The notes: generated by a model not told the origin, from the letters alone. A stretch of DNA of 63,726 bases, filler included, from Octopus bimaculoides (GCF_001194135.2; 4 parts of 4 records of this genome joined end to end with filler, not necessarily neighbours in it), one strand, 5' to 3'; numbered from the whole stretch's first letter, positions 23,893 to 38,283 are shown. Numbers and translations: made by a program.

Positions 23893-26229
23893 GAGGGTGT
23901 TATATGGAAGGAGTTACACAAATTATGAGATAGATTAATTTGACATGCCTCCAAAACTTTAATTTAACCACCCAGCTGGTCCTGATCAAATTAAGAAGAC
24001 AGCAAAAGAATATTCGCCACTGGGAACATTCTCAAAATTGTGAAAAAGAAATCTCCGGTCAAGCATGCACCTCAGGTATACAAACCTGTCTTGAAGGAAT
24101 TTACGCCAATAATTTATACCTGACTTTAATAATCTTTTTTACTATAGGCACAAGGCCTGAAATTTTGAGGGAAGGGGCAAGTCGATTATATCAACACCCA
24201 GTACTCAACAGGTACTTAATTTATTGAACCTGAAAGGATGAAAGGCAGAGTTGACCTCAATGGAATTTGAACTCACAAAATAGCGAAATATCGTTAAGCA
24301 TTTCATGCTAACGATTCTGCCAGTTTGCCGCCTTAAATAATACTTTGATATAATCCTTTCCACTAAAGTCGCAAGGCCTGAAATTTGATGGGAGAGGGTA
24401 AGTCGATTACATCAAACCCCAGTGCATAACTGGTGCTTAATTTATCGACCCTGAAATGATGAAAGGTAAAGTCGACCTCGGCGGAATTTGAACTCAGAAC
24501 ATAGTAGCGGCAGATGAAATACTGGTAAGCATTTCGCCCGGCATCCTAACAATTCTGCCAGCTCGCTGCCTTACCTGACTTTAATAATAATAATAATTAA
24601 TTCGTTTTATTGGCCACAAGGGCTAATATCAATTAAAGACATATAAGGACAAAGACAGGACGAAGGTTACAAAAGGTTTTGTCCGAAAAGGTAGGAAAGT
24701 TCGTCTACACAGAGGAAGAAAACGAAGAAAGATATAATAAATAAATAGATAAATAAATAAGNNNNNNNNNNNNNNNNNNNNNNNNNNNNNNNNNNNNNNN
24801 NNNNNNNNNNNNNNNNNNNNNNNNNNNNNNNNNNNNNNNNNNNNNNNNNNNNNNNNNNNNNNNNNNNNNNNNNNNNNNNNNNNNNNNNNNNNNNNNNNNN
24901 NNNNNNNNNNNNNNNNNNNNNNNNNNNNNNNNNNNNNNNNNNNNNNNNNNNNNNNNNNNNNNNNNNNNNNNNNNNNNNNNNNNNNNNNNNNNNNNNNNNN
25001 NNNNNNNNNNNNNNNNNNNNNNNNNNNNNNNNNNNNNNNNNNNNNNNNNNNNNNNNNNNNNNNNNNNNNNNNNNNNNNNNNNNNNNNNNNNNNNNNNNNN
25101 NNNNNNNNNNNNNNNNNNNNNNNNNNNNNNNNNNNNNNNNNNNNNNNNNNNNNNNNNNNNNNNNNNNNNNNNNNNNNNNNNNNNNNNNNNNNNNNNNNNN
25201 NNNNNNNNNNNNNNNNNNNNNNNNNNNNNNNNNNNNNNNNNNNNNNNNNNNNNNNNNNNNNGAGGTCGGCGGGTCAATTCTCACGAGGGATCCAGCTGAT
25301 AGCCGGATCCGTCCTACACGTGACAGTAGCTGTTCGATATAGACCCACAGGTCAGCAATGCTCGGGCACTGGACAAGTGCATGCAGAACGGTTTCGTCGT
25401 CCTGAGCGCACCTAATAATAATAATAATAATAATAGTGGTGGTGGTGGTGGTGATGATGATGATGGTGATGATGATGATGATGATGATGATGATTTCAAA
25501 TTTTGGCCCAAGGGCAACAATTTTAGGAAAAGGGCAAAGTTGATTACATCGACCCCAATGATCAAGCTGGTACTTATTTTATTGACTCTGAAAGATTGAA
25601 AGGCAAAGGTGACCTCAACAGAATTTGAACCCAGAACATACAGACAGATGAAATGCTGTCAAGCATTTTGTCTGGCATACTAACAATTCATATTTCTTTA
25701 TTGCCCACAAGGGGCTACACACAGAGGGGACAAACAAGGACAGACAAAAAGGGATCAAGTCGATTATATCGAACCCAGTGCATAACTGGTACTTATTTAA
25801 TCGACCCCGAAAGGATAAAAGGCAAAGTCGACCTCGGCGGAATTTGAACTCAGAACATAATCGCAGACGAAATACTAAGCATTTTGCCTGGTGTACTAAC
25901 AATTCTGCCTGTTCGCTGCTTTAAAATGGTTTCCATAATAAACACTCTCACCCATCTATTATACTCTATCTTATCACCTCACACACACCTGCTGTCATTC
26001 TCAGTACCCCCTCATATCCAACCACTATGCACACCCTTATCTACCACACATCTCCCACCCCTTACACATCCTCCTCCTCCTCTCTCTTCCTGGGCCACTG
26101 CTGTTTCCCTCTTACCTAACCCCTTCCCCACACTGACGTTATTACTGATATTTCTTTATTTTCTGCAAAGTGCACAAAAAAGGCTACACGTTTGCATTAT
26201 GTTATATATACAATAATAATAAAGGACGT

Positions 26230-26368
26230 TACCGTATATACGTTTACAAACCAAGGACATTATATAGACCTTGATTCAAGTTAGAAAAGGGGTGCGTATT
26301 ATACACAAGGTTTCAGAGGTACAGCCCCCTAAAAATCCCCTGCGTATTATACTCAAGGATTTATGGTA
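26230..26368. mobile_element. Short pogo/Tc2-like MITE
   Basis: TACCGTA...TATGGTA ends and two internal TGCGTATTATAC repeats. Confidence 0.4.
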
Positions 26369-26719
26369 TATATAAACCCCCATACATTATGTGTGTTTTT
26401 GTATTGTCATGGAATTATTTTACAAACCCGCCTTACTGGCACGGGAACAAAACATTGGACTGACTCCTGTGCAGGTGGCATGTAAAAAACACCATTTGAG
26501 CTTGGCCATTGCCAGTACCGCCGGACTGGCCCTCAGTGCCGGTGGCATGTAAAAAGCACCCACTACACTCTCGGAGTGGTTGGCATTAGAAAGGGCATCC
26601 AGCTGTAGAAACACTGCCAGATCAGATTGGAGTCTGGTGTAGCCATCCGGTTCGCAAGTCCTCAGTCAAATCATCCAACCCATGCTAGCATGGAAAGCGG
26701 ACGTTAAACGATGATGATG

Positions 26720-27178
26720 ATGATATCCCATATTTATCTCCACCGACATTCTCATCATCCACATCATACAATCAGATCAAATCCGAAGTCCCAGTTTGTG
26801 AGGATAAGACATATTTGCACAGACATTGAGGATTATGGGAAGCATGCAAATACTTTTGTGTGCTATTATCTAAAGCATGGTTATAATGAATCAAGATTAA
26901 AGGAAATCGCAACTGACATAACTGAAATTAGCAATGATAATAAAAGCTTCATGCCTAATTTTAGCAGCCAGAAAAGAGCATATGGTCGAACTCCTTTTAA
27001 CTGGCACCAAAGTTTCGTTGGCATTTCAAAAGTGCTGCATGATAGTTACCAACATATTTCAGAGCAATATCCTCATTTCCATCAAATTTTTCCTCTTCTG
27101 CCTATTGTAGCCTTCAGACGTAATAGAAATATTAGAGAAATATTGACCAGTACCTCCAGGGTTGATATAATCAACTAG
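26720..27178 (+). mobile_element. Penelope-like retroelement, RT C-terminal fragment
   Basis: YLHRHSHHPHHTIRSNPKSQFVRIRHIC...HGY...PIVAFRRNRNIREIL. Confidence 0.75.
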
Positions 27179-29277
27179 CTATTCCTCCTCTGAAATTTCT
27201 GGCCTTGTATTACACTGTGTAACAAATTTTATTTTGTCTTTGGTCAATAAGTGTTATTTCCTAGCTGTTTCTATCTAGAAATCACAGGAAATGACTGCTA
27301 TTCTTTTCAAACTTTGCTTTTGTAACCTAGACATCAATATTTTGAAACTAACCTATTTCCCATTACATTTTAGACAGATTCACTGCTGAGTTGCTGAAGT
27401 AGAAATATCGTTATAGCAAATATTCTGCTCAACACCACAGATTTGCTTGTTGTCTTTGGTTAGTAAATGATATTTCCTATTTGCTCCTATCTAGAAATGA
27501 AAGGAAATCACTTCTGTTTCCTTCAAACTTTGCTTTCATGAGCTATTTTCGATTATATTTCAAACAGACGTCTCTGAGTTACTGAAGCAGAAATATTATA
27601 GTTAAATATTCTACCCGGATTTGCTTGACCTTAATTACTTGGGCATATCTCCTGACAGCTAACGATATGTGTGTCTCTGATCATGTGCAAGAGTAGCGGA
27701 GGTAAGCATTACAGCCATGTGTTGAGAGGGATTCTTTGTGGTTTGAATAAATATCACAACAAATGCAAAGTTTGAAGGAAATATTAGCCATTTTTCATAA
27801 TTTCTAAGGGTAAGCAAATAGAAAATAACAGTTGCTACCCAAGGACAAAAATCATGTTACACCATATTATTAAGTTAGTAAAATTTCAGTGATTTTCCAA
27901 GCGCAGGCATGGCTGTGTGGTAAGAAACTTGCTTCCCAACCACATGGTTCCAGGTTCAGTCCAACTGCATGACACCTTGGGTAAGTATCTTCTAATATAG
28001 CCTCAGGCCAACCAAAGTCTTGTGAGTGGATTTGGTAGACAGAAACTGAAAGAAGCCCATTGTGTATATATATATATTTATTTATGTGTGTATGGGTCTG
28101 TGTTTGTCTCCCCATCATCTCTTGACAACCAATGTTGGTGTGTTTATGTCCCTGTAACTTACTCGTTCAGCAAAAGAGACTGATAGAATAAGAACTAGGT
28201 GGTGATATCATCATCATCATCATCGTTTAACATCCGCTTTTCATGCTGGCATGGGTTGGATGGTTTGACTGAGGGCTGGCAAGCCAGAAGGCTGCACCAG
28301 GTTCCAATCTAATCTGGCAGAGTTTCTACAGCTGGATGCCCTTCCTAATGCCAACTACTCTGAGAGTGTAAGTGGGTGCTTTTACGTGCCACTGGCAGGA
28401 GGGCCAGTCAGGCGGTACTGTCAACAGCCACGTTCTAATGGTGTTTTTACGTGTCACGCTCGAATGGTGCTTTTTACATGCCACCAGCATGAGGGCCAGT
28501 CAGTAGCCCTGGCAATGATCCCGCTCAGATGGTGCTCTTAGCGCTCCACTAGCACAGATGCTAGTCATGCGGTGCTGTCATCGAATTTGATTTCGATTTC
28601 ATTTGCCTCAACAGGTCTTCACAAGCAGAGTTTAGCGTCCAATGAAAGAAAGGTACGTCTAAATGGGCTGGTTACACCCCTGGCATAGGCAACAAGTTAT
28701 GGTCTCACTTAGCTTGCTGGGTCTTCTCAAGCACAGCATATTTCCAAGATGGTGCTCCAGCACAGCGACAGTCAAATGACTGCAACAAGTAAAAGAATAG
28801 AAGAATAACATGCAGAATGCACAGGGAAGGCTTTCTTGAGAGAACCAATGTCTTAGTCTTTGCAACACTAATTCTCATTCCTACTTTTTAGCCTACATTG
28901 TTGGTTGGCACTCCGCCGCTTACGCCGTCGAGGGTTCCAGTTGATCTGATCAACGGAACAGCCTGCTCGTGAAGTTATCGTGCAAGTGGCTGAGCACTCC
29001 ACACACACGTGTACCCCTAACGTAGTTCTCGGGGAGATTCAGCGTGACACAGTGTGACAAGGCTGAGCGATTTTTGTCAATTTTCTGGAACCTCTGTATC
29101 CAAAAAAAAAGGGATTTTGAGCAAAAAAAAATTACGAAAATAAACAATTTTGGGAGAAAATGGGGGGGGTGGGGGCAGAAGTCTTTCCATATATACGTAG
29201 TGGATCTTGCATGCATGAAGTGGATTCGACCCACCATAGCCAAATTTAAATTAACACTGCAATAGAATTTCCCCCCA

Positions 29278-29377
29278 NNNNNNNNNNNNNNNNNNNNNNN
29301 NNNNNNNNNNNNNNNNNNNNNTTAATTAATTAANNNNNNNNNNNNNNNNNNNNNNNNNNNNNNNNNNNNNNNNNNNN
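29278..29377. other. Artificial 100-bp join spacer
   Basis: 44 N + TTAATTAATTAA + 44 N. Confidence 0.95.
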
Positions 29378-29605
29378 TAGTAAATTCATTTGGGAACTGA
29401 AAGAACAAAAAAAGCAATATTCGTTAGAATGGTCAATCATTGGGAGGTCTTTCCCGTATGACAAAGGTAGGAGATATTGTTCGTTATGTAATTTAGAACT
29501 ATACTTTATATTATTCTCTAAGGGTAAGTTGATAAATAAACTAACAAATAATGCTCTAAGATGTACACATTATCCAAGACACATGTTTCTCTGGTTTAAA
29601 TGAGT
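29378..29605 (+). mobile_element. Penelope-like GIY-YIG C-terminal fragment; opposite-strand remnant at ~29800-30170
   Basis: SKFIWELKEQ..YSLEWSIIGRSFPYDKGRRYCSLCNLE..LINK; minus strand reads ATNIARDF. Confidence 0.7.
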
Positions 29606-30171
29606 TATAAATTGCAGTATGACCGGGTATTATAGTATATTATAGTATAATATTAGGTCTTAAGGCAGGCCATATCAATGTATAATTTACCAATAGCAGT
29701 TGTGATTTTTTGCTAAAGTTTCTAGAGATAATATAATATAGATTTCCATTGTAATATGTAATTGTTTATAATTAATAATATTACGAGGGGTTTTCTCCCT
29801 TTAATGGACCTTTATTTAAGGAGTTATTTAAGGAGAAATTTGAATATGAACTTGACTTAGAGACGATGTTTTTGGTGTTTACTTTTTGTTCTTTACCGTT
29901 TTCTCTGAAGATGTGTAAGGTAAATTATATATTTGACTTGAATTTGACAGTAAAATATAGCCTTATACAGAAATGTTGATATAGGAATAAATTTCAATAA
30001 TAATGGATATCGACGTCAAAACTCTCTTTTAAATTTAAATTTTTGATATATAACCAAGGCGATCGATCCTTAAGGAGTCTACTTCAGACTTTTGCAGAGA
30101 AATCTCTTGCTATATTGGTAGCGATTACATGTTTTTCTCATCATCAACACATTGTGGAGATATCATCATAG

Positions 30172-30206
<35 letters not shown>

Positions 30207-31865
30207 AGACAAAGAAAAAAAAAACACAATTATTGGATTCATCAATGAAAATCCAGTTACATCATCATCATTGTTTAACGTCCGCTTTCCATGCTAGCAT
30301 GGGTTGGACGATTTGACTGAGGACTGGTGAAACCGGATGGCAACACCAGCCTCCAATCTGATTTGGCAGAGTTTCTACAGCTGGATGCCCTTCCTAACGC
30401 CAATTAAATTAAATNNNNNNNNNNNNNNNNNNNNNNNNNNNNNNNNNNNNNNNNNNNNNNNNNNNNNNNNNNNNNNNNNNNNNNNNNNNNNNNNNNNNNN
30501 NNNNNNNNNNNNNNNNNNNNNNNNNNNNNNNNNNNNNNNNNNNNNNNNNNNNNNNNNNNNNNNNNNNNNNNNNNNNNNNNNNNNNNNNNNNNNNNNNNNN
30601 NNNNNNNNNNNNNNNNNNNNNNNNNNNNNNNNNNNNNNNNNNNNNNNNNNNNNNNNNNNNNNNNNNNNNNNNNNNNNNNNNNNNNNNNNNNNNNNNNNNN
30701 NNNNNNNNNNNNNNNNNNNNNNNNNNNNNNNNNNNNNNNNNNNNNNNNNNNNNNNNNNNNNNNNNNNNNNNNNNNNNNNNNNNNNNNNNNNNNNNNNNNN
30801 NNNNNNNNNNNNNNNNNNNNNNNNNNNNNNNNNNNNNNNNNNNNNNNNNNNNNNNNNNNNNNNNNNNNNNNNNNNNNNNNNNNNNNNNNNNNNNNNNNNN
30901 NNNNNNNNNNNNNNNNNNNNNNNNNNNNNNNNNNNNNNNNNNNNNNNNNNNNNNNNNNNNNNNNNNNNNNNNNNNNNNNNNNNNNNNNNNNNNNNNNNNN
31001 NNNNNNNNNNNNNNNNNNNNNNNNNNNNNNNNNNNNNNNNNNNNNNNNNNNNNNNNNNNNNNNNNNNNNNNNNNNNNNNNNNNNNNNNNNNNNNNNNNNN
31101 NNNNNNNNNNNNNNNNNNNNNNNNNNNNNNNNNNNNNNNNNNNNNNNNNNNNNNNNNNNNNNNNNNNNNNNNNNNNNNNNNNNNNNNACACCATTTCGAG
31201 CGTGGCCGTTTTCGTGCGGGTGACACGTAAAAGCACCCACTACACTCTCTGAGTGGTTGGCGTTAGGAAGGGCATCCAGCTGTAGAAACTCTGCCAAATC
31301 AGACTGGAGCCTGGTGTTGCCATCCGGTTTCACCAGTCCTCAGTCAAATCGTCCAACCCATGCTAGCATGGAAAGCGGACGTTAAACGATGATGATGATG
31401 ATGATGATATATATACATACATACATACACACACACATACATAAAAAGTGGGCATCTTTCAGTTTCCATCAACCAAATCTACTTACAAGGCTTTGGTCAG
31501 CTTTGAACTATACTAAAAGATACTTGGCCAAAGTCCCACAGAGTAAGTCTGAACCAAAAACTATGTAGTTGAAAAGTAAGCTTTTTACTATATAGTAACC
31601 TGGTACAAAAGTGTTTTTCTATAATTTCTCAATGGACAACATTTATGGGTCTTAATGTGTTTAACAACTGATTAATTTTCTTTTTTCTTTCTTTCATTTT
31701 GAATTTTATTGAACCAAAGTAAAAATACCAAACTTAGAAACAAAGGAAAATACTTGTGGAATGATATGAACTATGTAGTCTAAACTCTCTCAACCACTGT
31801 GCCATTTTAAAATAAATACAACAAAATGAAAATAAATGAGTCATCAGTTTCATATACTAATTTAC

Positions 31866-31958
31866 CTTTGGATGGTTCATCTTCAGAATCAGATAATATT
31901 CTTTTAGTTGACTTTTGGGTAACTCTTTCAGCAGTTCTGCCATGAGACAGTTTATTAT

Positions 31959-31999
<41 letters not shown>

Positions 32000-32023
32000 G
32001 ACTCCAGACCAGTTGATAAAACT
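31866..32023 (-). CDS. Candidate exon of an unidentified gene: VLSTGLES-D12-GDNKLSHGRTAERVTQKSTKRILSDSEDEPSK
   Basis: ttactaattatag| and AAAG|gtaaat; open 158-nt frame with acidic/basic composition. Confidence 0.5.
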
Positions 32024-32195
32024 CTATAATTAGTAAACCAAATAAATATATACATAACGAAATAGAGCATAAATGTCAATATAGAGAAAGAATATTGATT
32101 TTGACTAGCGCCAAATCAGACTCTACTAAAACAAAATCTTCAAGGCGACACCCCAGGATGACAACAGACTAATGACAGAAACAAGTGAAAGTTAC

Positions 32196-32253
32196 CCACT
32201 ATATTTGCACTTGTGCAAGTTCATTTTGCCAACTTCTCGACCTAAATTGCCAT
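32196..32253 (-). CDS. Candidate exon GNLGREVGKMNLHKCKYS(G)
   Basis: ttctcatccattggcag| and |gtaact; phase 1/2, joins in frame to 32023. Confidence 0.3.
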
Positions 32254-33299
32254 CTGCCAATGGATGAGAACATTTGTATAAAGAAGTGCTAATCACTTAA
32301 TGCGGATAGAGCTTCCAGGAAAGGGAGACCCAGTAAGACACAGAATGAAATAGTGAAGGCTAACCTCAGGACCTTGAACCTCACGGAGGAAATAAGAAAA
32401 GAAATGGAATGATATGCAATATGCTGTTCTTGAGAGGACCTGCCCAGCTTGGCAAAACTGGGTTCTGTTGACCTGTGTGTGCAAATATATATATATATAT
32501 ATATTCACTGCTGTGCCCTTCTTCCAATTTCCTTTCTTTGAGATACCTCATCACCTCCCTAACTGTAGTGATATCACTTACTTTTCTTACTACCCAGAAC
32601 CATTCCATTTGTTATCCACCCTTCATCCATTTAGATTGTTCTCTCCACCAACATTTGCATTATCACATCCACCTTTCTCACTCTCCTCATGCACATCGCC
32701 TGCCTCTCTTTCCCACCCACTTCTGCAACTTACCCAACATCATCTCCTTCTCATTCTTCTTTCTACTGATTTATCATTTATCATTACTATTTTGCTTCTA
32801 AGCACTGTCATCCCCTGGTGTAATCTCCCTCATGACTCTCTGCCTAACTTGATCCCTCCTATTGTTTCTTCTAAAATGCAAGTAATAATTAGCACCACTG
32901 CAGCAAGAAACCTGTTCTATCTTGGCCTCTTCTTCCATTCTTTTAATTATCTTTTGCCCCACTCTTAGCATAAAAAAAAACACCCAGTCCATGCTGTAAA
33001 GTGATTGGTGTTAGGAGTCATCCAGCCATAAAAACTATGCCAAAACAGACATTGGAGCATAATGCAGTCCATAGACCCATCCTGCCAAACCATCCAACAC
33101 ATGCCAACATGGAACATAGATGTTAGATGATGATGATGATAATGATTATGATAAGGAGGAGGAGAGCAATTCCCCACATTACAGAAGAACTGGGTTCCTC
33201 TAAGCCTTTCTGAAATGTGGAATTCATATAGCCCAAGAAAGGTAGCTTCTTTGATAACATGTCATCTGCTGGCCACTTTAACCCTTTTGATGACTTCAA

Positions 33300-34270
33300 T
33301 GCTGAAGTTAGGTTAAATCACATTGCATGAGGCTAAATTATTGACAATCATGATGTTGGGTATGAAAATGTAAATGGCACATTAGCTTATCCACCTGTGT
33401 TGTCTGTCACCATGACATCACAAACACACCGTTTCCACAAAAAAAAAAAAATACAAAACAACCGGGAAACACCCATACAGTAAATATTTGCACCAACTTT
33501 AACACATAATTGTTTGTTAATATGAAAGGAAACGAATCAAACTTACTCATGTTTTTTATACTCTAAACCTTTGTTATGGGTTAAGTGTAAAATATAAATT
33601 CAGTAAAAGTGATATCTAATTAGAAAGCTGAAAGTAAGGCCCAAGCTCAACATACAAAAATTCAAAGCTTAAGATCAAACTTGAGTTTTAAACTGAACTG
33701 GCAGTACAAACAGATGAGCATAATCTTTGTGCTTATGACTTTTGGTCCCAAATCAGAAATAAAAGTATCAGTGTATCTCAGCAGTGATGGGACTTAACAA
33801 ATATAAGCATCAAGATTGGTTTGATGACAATGTTACCTTCATTTGCAACAAAGTTCAATTGCATCTACTTTACAAGTCATGCTTTGAGGATAAAACATCT
33901 ACAAAAAGAAGCTTATGTTGATATTTGAAAGAAGACTGGGTCAAAGTTTCATGAAATGAGCTCCTGATTGACAAGAATCTTTCAACAAAAATGACATGAG
34001 ATCCTATCACAATGGGCTGAAGCAAGTTTAGGGACCACAACATACAGTGGTGGCCATATGAGGTCTAAGAATGGAACTAAGATACTCACAAACCCATCTA
34101 ACCAGCTGAAATGATGAGCTGAACATTTTAGCCATGTTTTAAACTAACCTTCAACATTTAAAAAAGAAGGCCTTGAAAATCTGGAACAGCATCTGATAAA
34201 TGAAGTATTGTTAGTAGCAATCTTCCTAACTGAAGTGGAAATGGCTATCATAAAGCTCTATGTGGAAAGA
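33300..34270 (+). mobile_element. Old degenerate RTE (BovB-like) LINE
   Basis: FAPTLT, KHQDWFDDN and KNDMRSYHNGLKQV.GP remnants. Confidence 0.6.
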
Positions 34271-34287
34271 AACCCATAGCTGACTGT

Positions 34288-34668
34288 TGTTGGCACTCCG
34301 TCGCTTACGACGTCGAGGGTTCCAGTTGATCCGATCAACGGAACAGCCTGCTCGTGAAATTAACATGCAAGTGGCTGAGCACTCCACAGACATGTGTACC
34401 CTTAACGTAGTTCTAGGGGATATTCAGCATGATACAGTGTGACAAGGCTGACCCTTTGAATTACAGGCACAATAGAAACAGGAAGTAAGAATGAGAGAAA
34501 GTTGTGGTGAAAGAGTACAGCAGGGTTCACCACCATCGCCTGCCGGAGCCTCATGGAGCTTTAGGTGTTTTCGCTCAATAAACACTCACAACGCCTGGTC
34601 TGGGAATCGAAACCGCGATCCTATGACCGCGAGTCCGCTGCCCTAACCACTGGGCCATTGCGCCTCCA
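34288..34668 (-). mobile_element. SINE family 'B', full length; partial copy at ~28905-29065
   Basis: TSD CATAGCTGACTGT at 34275-34287 and 34669-34681. Confidence 0.9.
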
Positions 34669-35001
34669 CATAGCTGACTGTAATCCTGGTCTAATCTACA
34701 AACATAGCAGTATTTTGTTATTTCTCACACTGGAAAAAATTTTGCAAGTACTGTATTTGCTGATGTATAAGATGTATCTCTACTTTACAAATATATTTTG
34801 TGAAGAAAAACAAATTCAGTATGTTTCATCATAGGTTTGTTGAAAGATATTTCAAAGTGATTTTGGAGGTGAAAATATATGATTCTGTGTAGGTAAATAC
34901 AATGTTATAACAGTATACTGGAATAAAATATAAAACCATAAATTTATCAAAATTAAACTGTATTATATAAGTACTGAATTTCAGTTGTATCAGATCAGTT
35001 G

Positions 35002-36300
35002 TAAAAGGGTGGGCTGAAAACCCATAGACTGACTATGAAGGAATGATGCTAGAGCTGTGAAATCTTGCATGCATTAATTTCAACTCTTCTTATTAATAAC
35101 TGCATTGTTCCCTTTCAGGGAAACAGACATCTGAGTATTCAAAGAAGACTTCAAAAGTAATAAGTAGCAACTTCTCTTGAAGATGAACAGAATTTAGCAT
35201 TGTGGTATCCAGTAACTGCAGAAAGAGGGTTTAGCCCCCCCAAGGACATTCATACTGACATGGTTGCTACATTGGAGGATGACTCTCCAGCTTTAGCAAC
35301 AGTGCAAGAGTGGGCAGCTGAATTTAGGAGGTGATGGGAGAGTCTTGAAGATGACCCAAGGTCTGAACGTCCTGCAACTACCACTACTGAGGAAAACATT
35401 GATCATGTTAAGCACATGGTGATGGCTGACAGGTGACTGACTATAAATCAAATAGCCTAGCTATTAGCATACCCTGTCAGAGAATTGAGAATATTCTGCA
35501 CAATGAATTTGGCATGACAAAAGTTTCTGCTTGGTGGGTGCCATATCTTCTGACCAGGTTGATTACATGACGGGAAAATCTGACATTGGTTGAGGCAGAT
35601 CTAGCTGGTTTACTTGAACATTTCCTAATGCAGGATGAGTATTGGGTTGATTACTTTGAGCCAGAGACAAAGAGACAATCTGTCTCTGTCTCAAAGTAAT
35701 CAACCCATGCAGTGGAAACATCCCTCTTCACCTGCTCTGAAGAAAGCCAAGATCATTTCATCTGCAGAGAAGGAGATGGCCTCAGTTTTTTGGGATGCAA
35801 AAGGTACTGTGTTTATTGACTATTTTCAAAACAAAGGCTAGATCATCAATGGAAAGCATTATGCCAAACTTGAAGCAGTTATGAAAGATTATCAAGACCA
35901 AACGCCCAGGAAAACTGATGAAAAGAGTCTTGTTTCATCAAAACAATGCTTCAGCACATAAGTTCCTAGTTTCAATGGATGCTGTGCATGACTGTGACTT
36001 TGAAATGATTGATTACCCTCCCTATTTTCCTGATTTGGCTCCATATGACTGTCAACTGTTCCCCAACATGAAAAAACATGCAGCTAGGAAATAGTATTGC
36101 AATCATGAGGACGTCATATCATTGATGACGTTCTGACCAACAAGATGAAAGCTTCTTCACCAATGGGATCCAAGTACTGCAACAATGATTGAAGAAGTGT
36201 GTGGACTGCAACGGAGACTATGTTGAAAAATAAATCTTATTTGGTCACATTCCATGACAGTAGTTTGGTCAGCCTATGAACTTTTCGGCTGACCTTTGTA
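35002..36300 (+). mobile_element. Degenerate near full-length mariner transposon
   Basis: TIRs GGGCTGAAAA(G)..CATAG(G)CTGAC; MASVFWDAKG, FHQNNA and PPYFPDLAP remnants. Confidence 0.85.
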
Positions 36301-36464
36301 TGGTTGTTTCTATTTTAGTCAGGAGAATATCCATACAGGATGTAGAGCTCATATTTCTGGCTATGATGTTTTAAGTAACTGTGACTGATCATGGTTACCA
36401 ATATAGTACAAAATTAACAAAGCAAGCTTTACTCTGTAAAAAAAATAATGGTGGGGGGCAGGTA

Positions 36465-37682
36465 CAGTGGGGGAAATAAATATTCGTACATGTCCAAATT
36501 CTTTATTTATTTAATTTCTAATGAACATAAATGGGATATACCAATACTATATTTGCATACTCATGCTTAAACTAAGAATATGCAAAAGAACTGTTGAAAA
36601 CAGAATAAGATCCGGTGCACCACGCAAGATTTCCCCTAGATCTTTAAGAAAAAGGAAGCAAAGAATCGAAAAAAATGCAATGATCACAAGAAAAGAGTTT
36701 CAAGAAGATTTGTTAGCTTCAGGGACTAGTGTTACACTATGAACAATCAGCAATGAACTTCAGAGGAATGAACTGAAGTCAGGCTCTCCTAGAAAGACTC
36801 CACTGTTGACTAAAAGGCATGGAGAAGCCTGTTAAAAATTTGTTTGTGAACATAAAGATAAATCTGACACATTCGGGGAAAATGTTCTATGGAAAGACAA
36901 ATTGAAAAGTGAATTGTTTGGACGAATTTTGCGTAGCCATGTTTGGAGGAAAGATGGTACTGCCTATTCGCCGAAAAACACAATTTCTACCATAAAGCTT
37001 GGAAGTGGCAACATCATGGTGTGGGGGTTTTTCTCTGCAAATGGCACTGGCAATTTACATGTGATAGATGGTAGAATGAATGCAGAGATGTACCAAAATA
37101 TTTTGAACAATAATTTATGGGACTCTGTAGAAAAGCTCCAGCTTTGTGAAGAGTGGGTTTTACAACAGGATAATGACCCTAAGCACACGGTGAAGTCTAC
37201 CAAAAAATGGATTGTCGATCACAATATAAAATTATTAGAATGGCCAAGCCAGTCACCTGACTGGAATCCCATTGAAAATTTGTGGCATCATTTGAAAATT
37301 AAAATTCATTCAAGAGCCCTAACATGCATTCCAGATTTGAAGAAAATTTGTCAAGAAGAATGGGAAAAAATTCCTAAAGAAAGATGTGAATCATTGATTA
37401 AGAACAACAAGAAGAGGTTAGTTGAAGTGGAACTGGATAATGGTGATGCTACGAAGTATTAAATCACAATTATCGATTGTTCTGTACGAATATTTTTTTC
37501 ACCCCTGAATATTTATAATTGAATATAAATTCCTTAGTTACTATAATTTACTAGTTTCTTTTGCATATTCTTAGTTTATGCATGTGTATGCAAATATGGT
37601 GGTATTGGTATATCCCATTTATGTTCATTAAAAATTAAATAAAGAATTTTGACATGTACGAATAATTATTTTCTCCCCACTG
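36465..37682 (+). mobile_element. Tc1-like DD34E transposon with an internal 5' deletion
   Basis: TA TSD, ~125-bp TIRs starting CAGTGGGG, ORF 36902-37462 with QQDNDPKH...SPDWNPIENLW (34-aa D-E spacing). Confidence 0.93.
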
Positions 37683-38283
37683 TATGTCTGGTTGACAAAA
37701 TATACATATTAAAACACTGGTGCTTTAGCTAATGAGCCAAATGTGTTATGAACACACTGTCACAGTAAAAGGGAAAGTTGGTCTCCAGTGACATAGAACA
37801 GTGACTAACATGTTTGCATTTGAATCTGCTAAAACACATTAAGAGTGAATATTCAAATCACTGTTTCAGATCTTTCTATAAAGTGCAAATAACAATTTTT
37901 TATTGTTTCGCAGATGTAAGCACTGATCAGAAAACAGTTTGTTCATTGAAAATTTAAATAAAGCAAGTGGCTTGTTTAGGCTCCAGTGATCCGAGTACTT
38001 CAGGCTGTCTTCCTGGATCTTCCTCCTCCACGGGTTCTCTCCTCATTCAGAGATCATCACTTCTCTATGTAGCTGTCTTCATACATTTGCATCACATAAC
38101 CATACAGCACAGTTTTCTCTCTCTCAAACTGGATATGATGCCTCTTATACCCAATAATTTCTTTGTCAGTGTTCATCTTTCACTACCATTTAATAGCACC
38201 GATTCGACAGTTGCAATGAACAGCTTAATTTCGATTCACCTGGGTAATTTGCAGTTTCAGAATGTTATTTTGTGACAGGCTAT

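Noticed and set aside
29780-29905. Terminal exon for the poly-Asp gene (cttcag|AG AAA ACG...)
   Set aside because: Lies in a Penelope-like remnant, so the splice signal is probably fortuitous.
33530-33580. 16-nt micro-exon ending |gtaagt on the minus strand
   Set aside because: Embedded in an RTE remnant, with a weak acceptor context.
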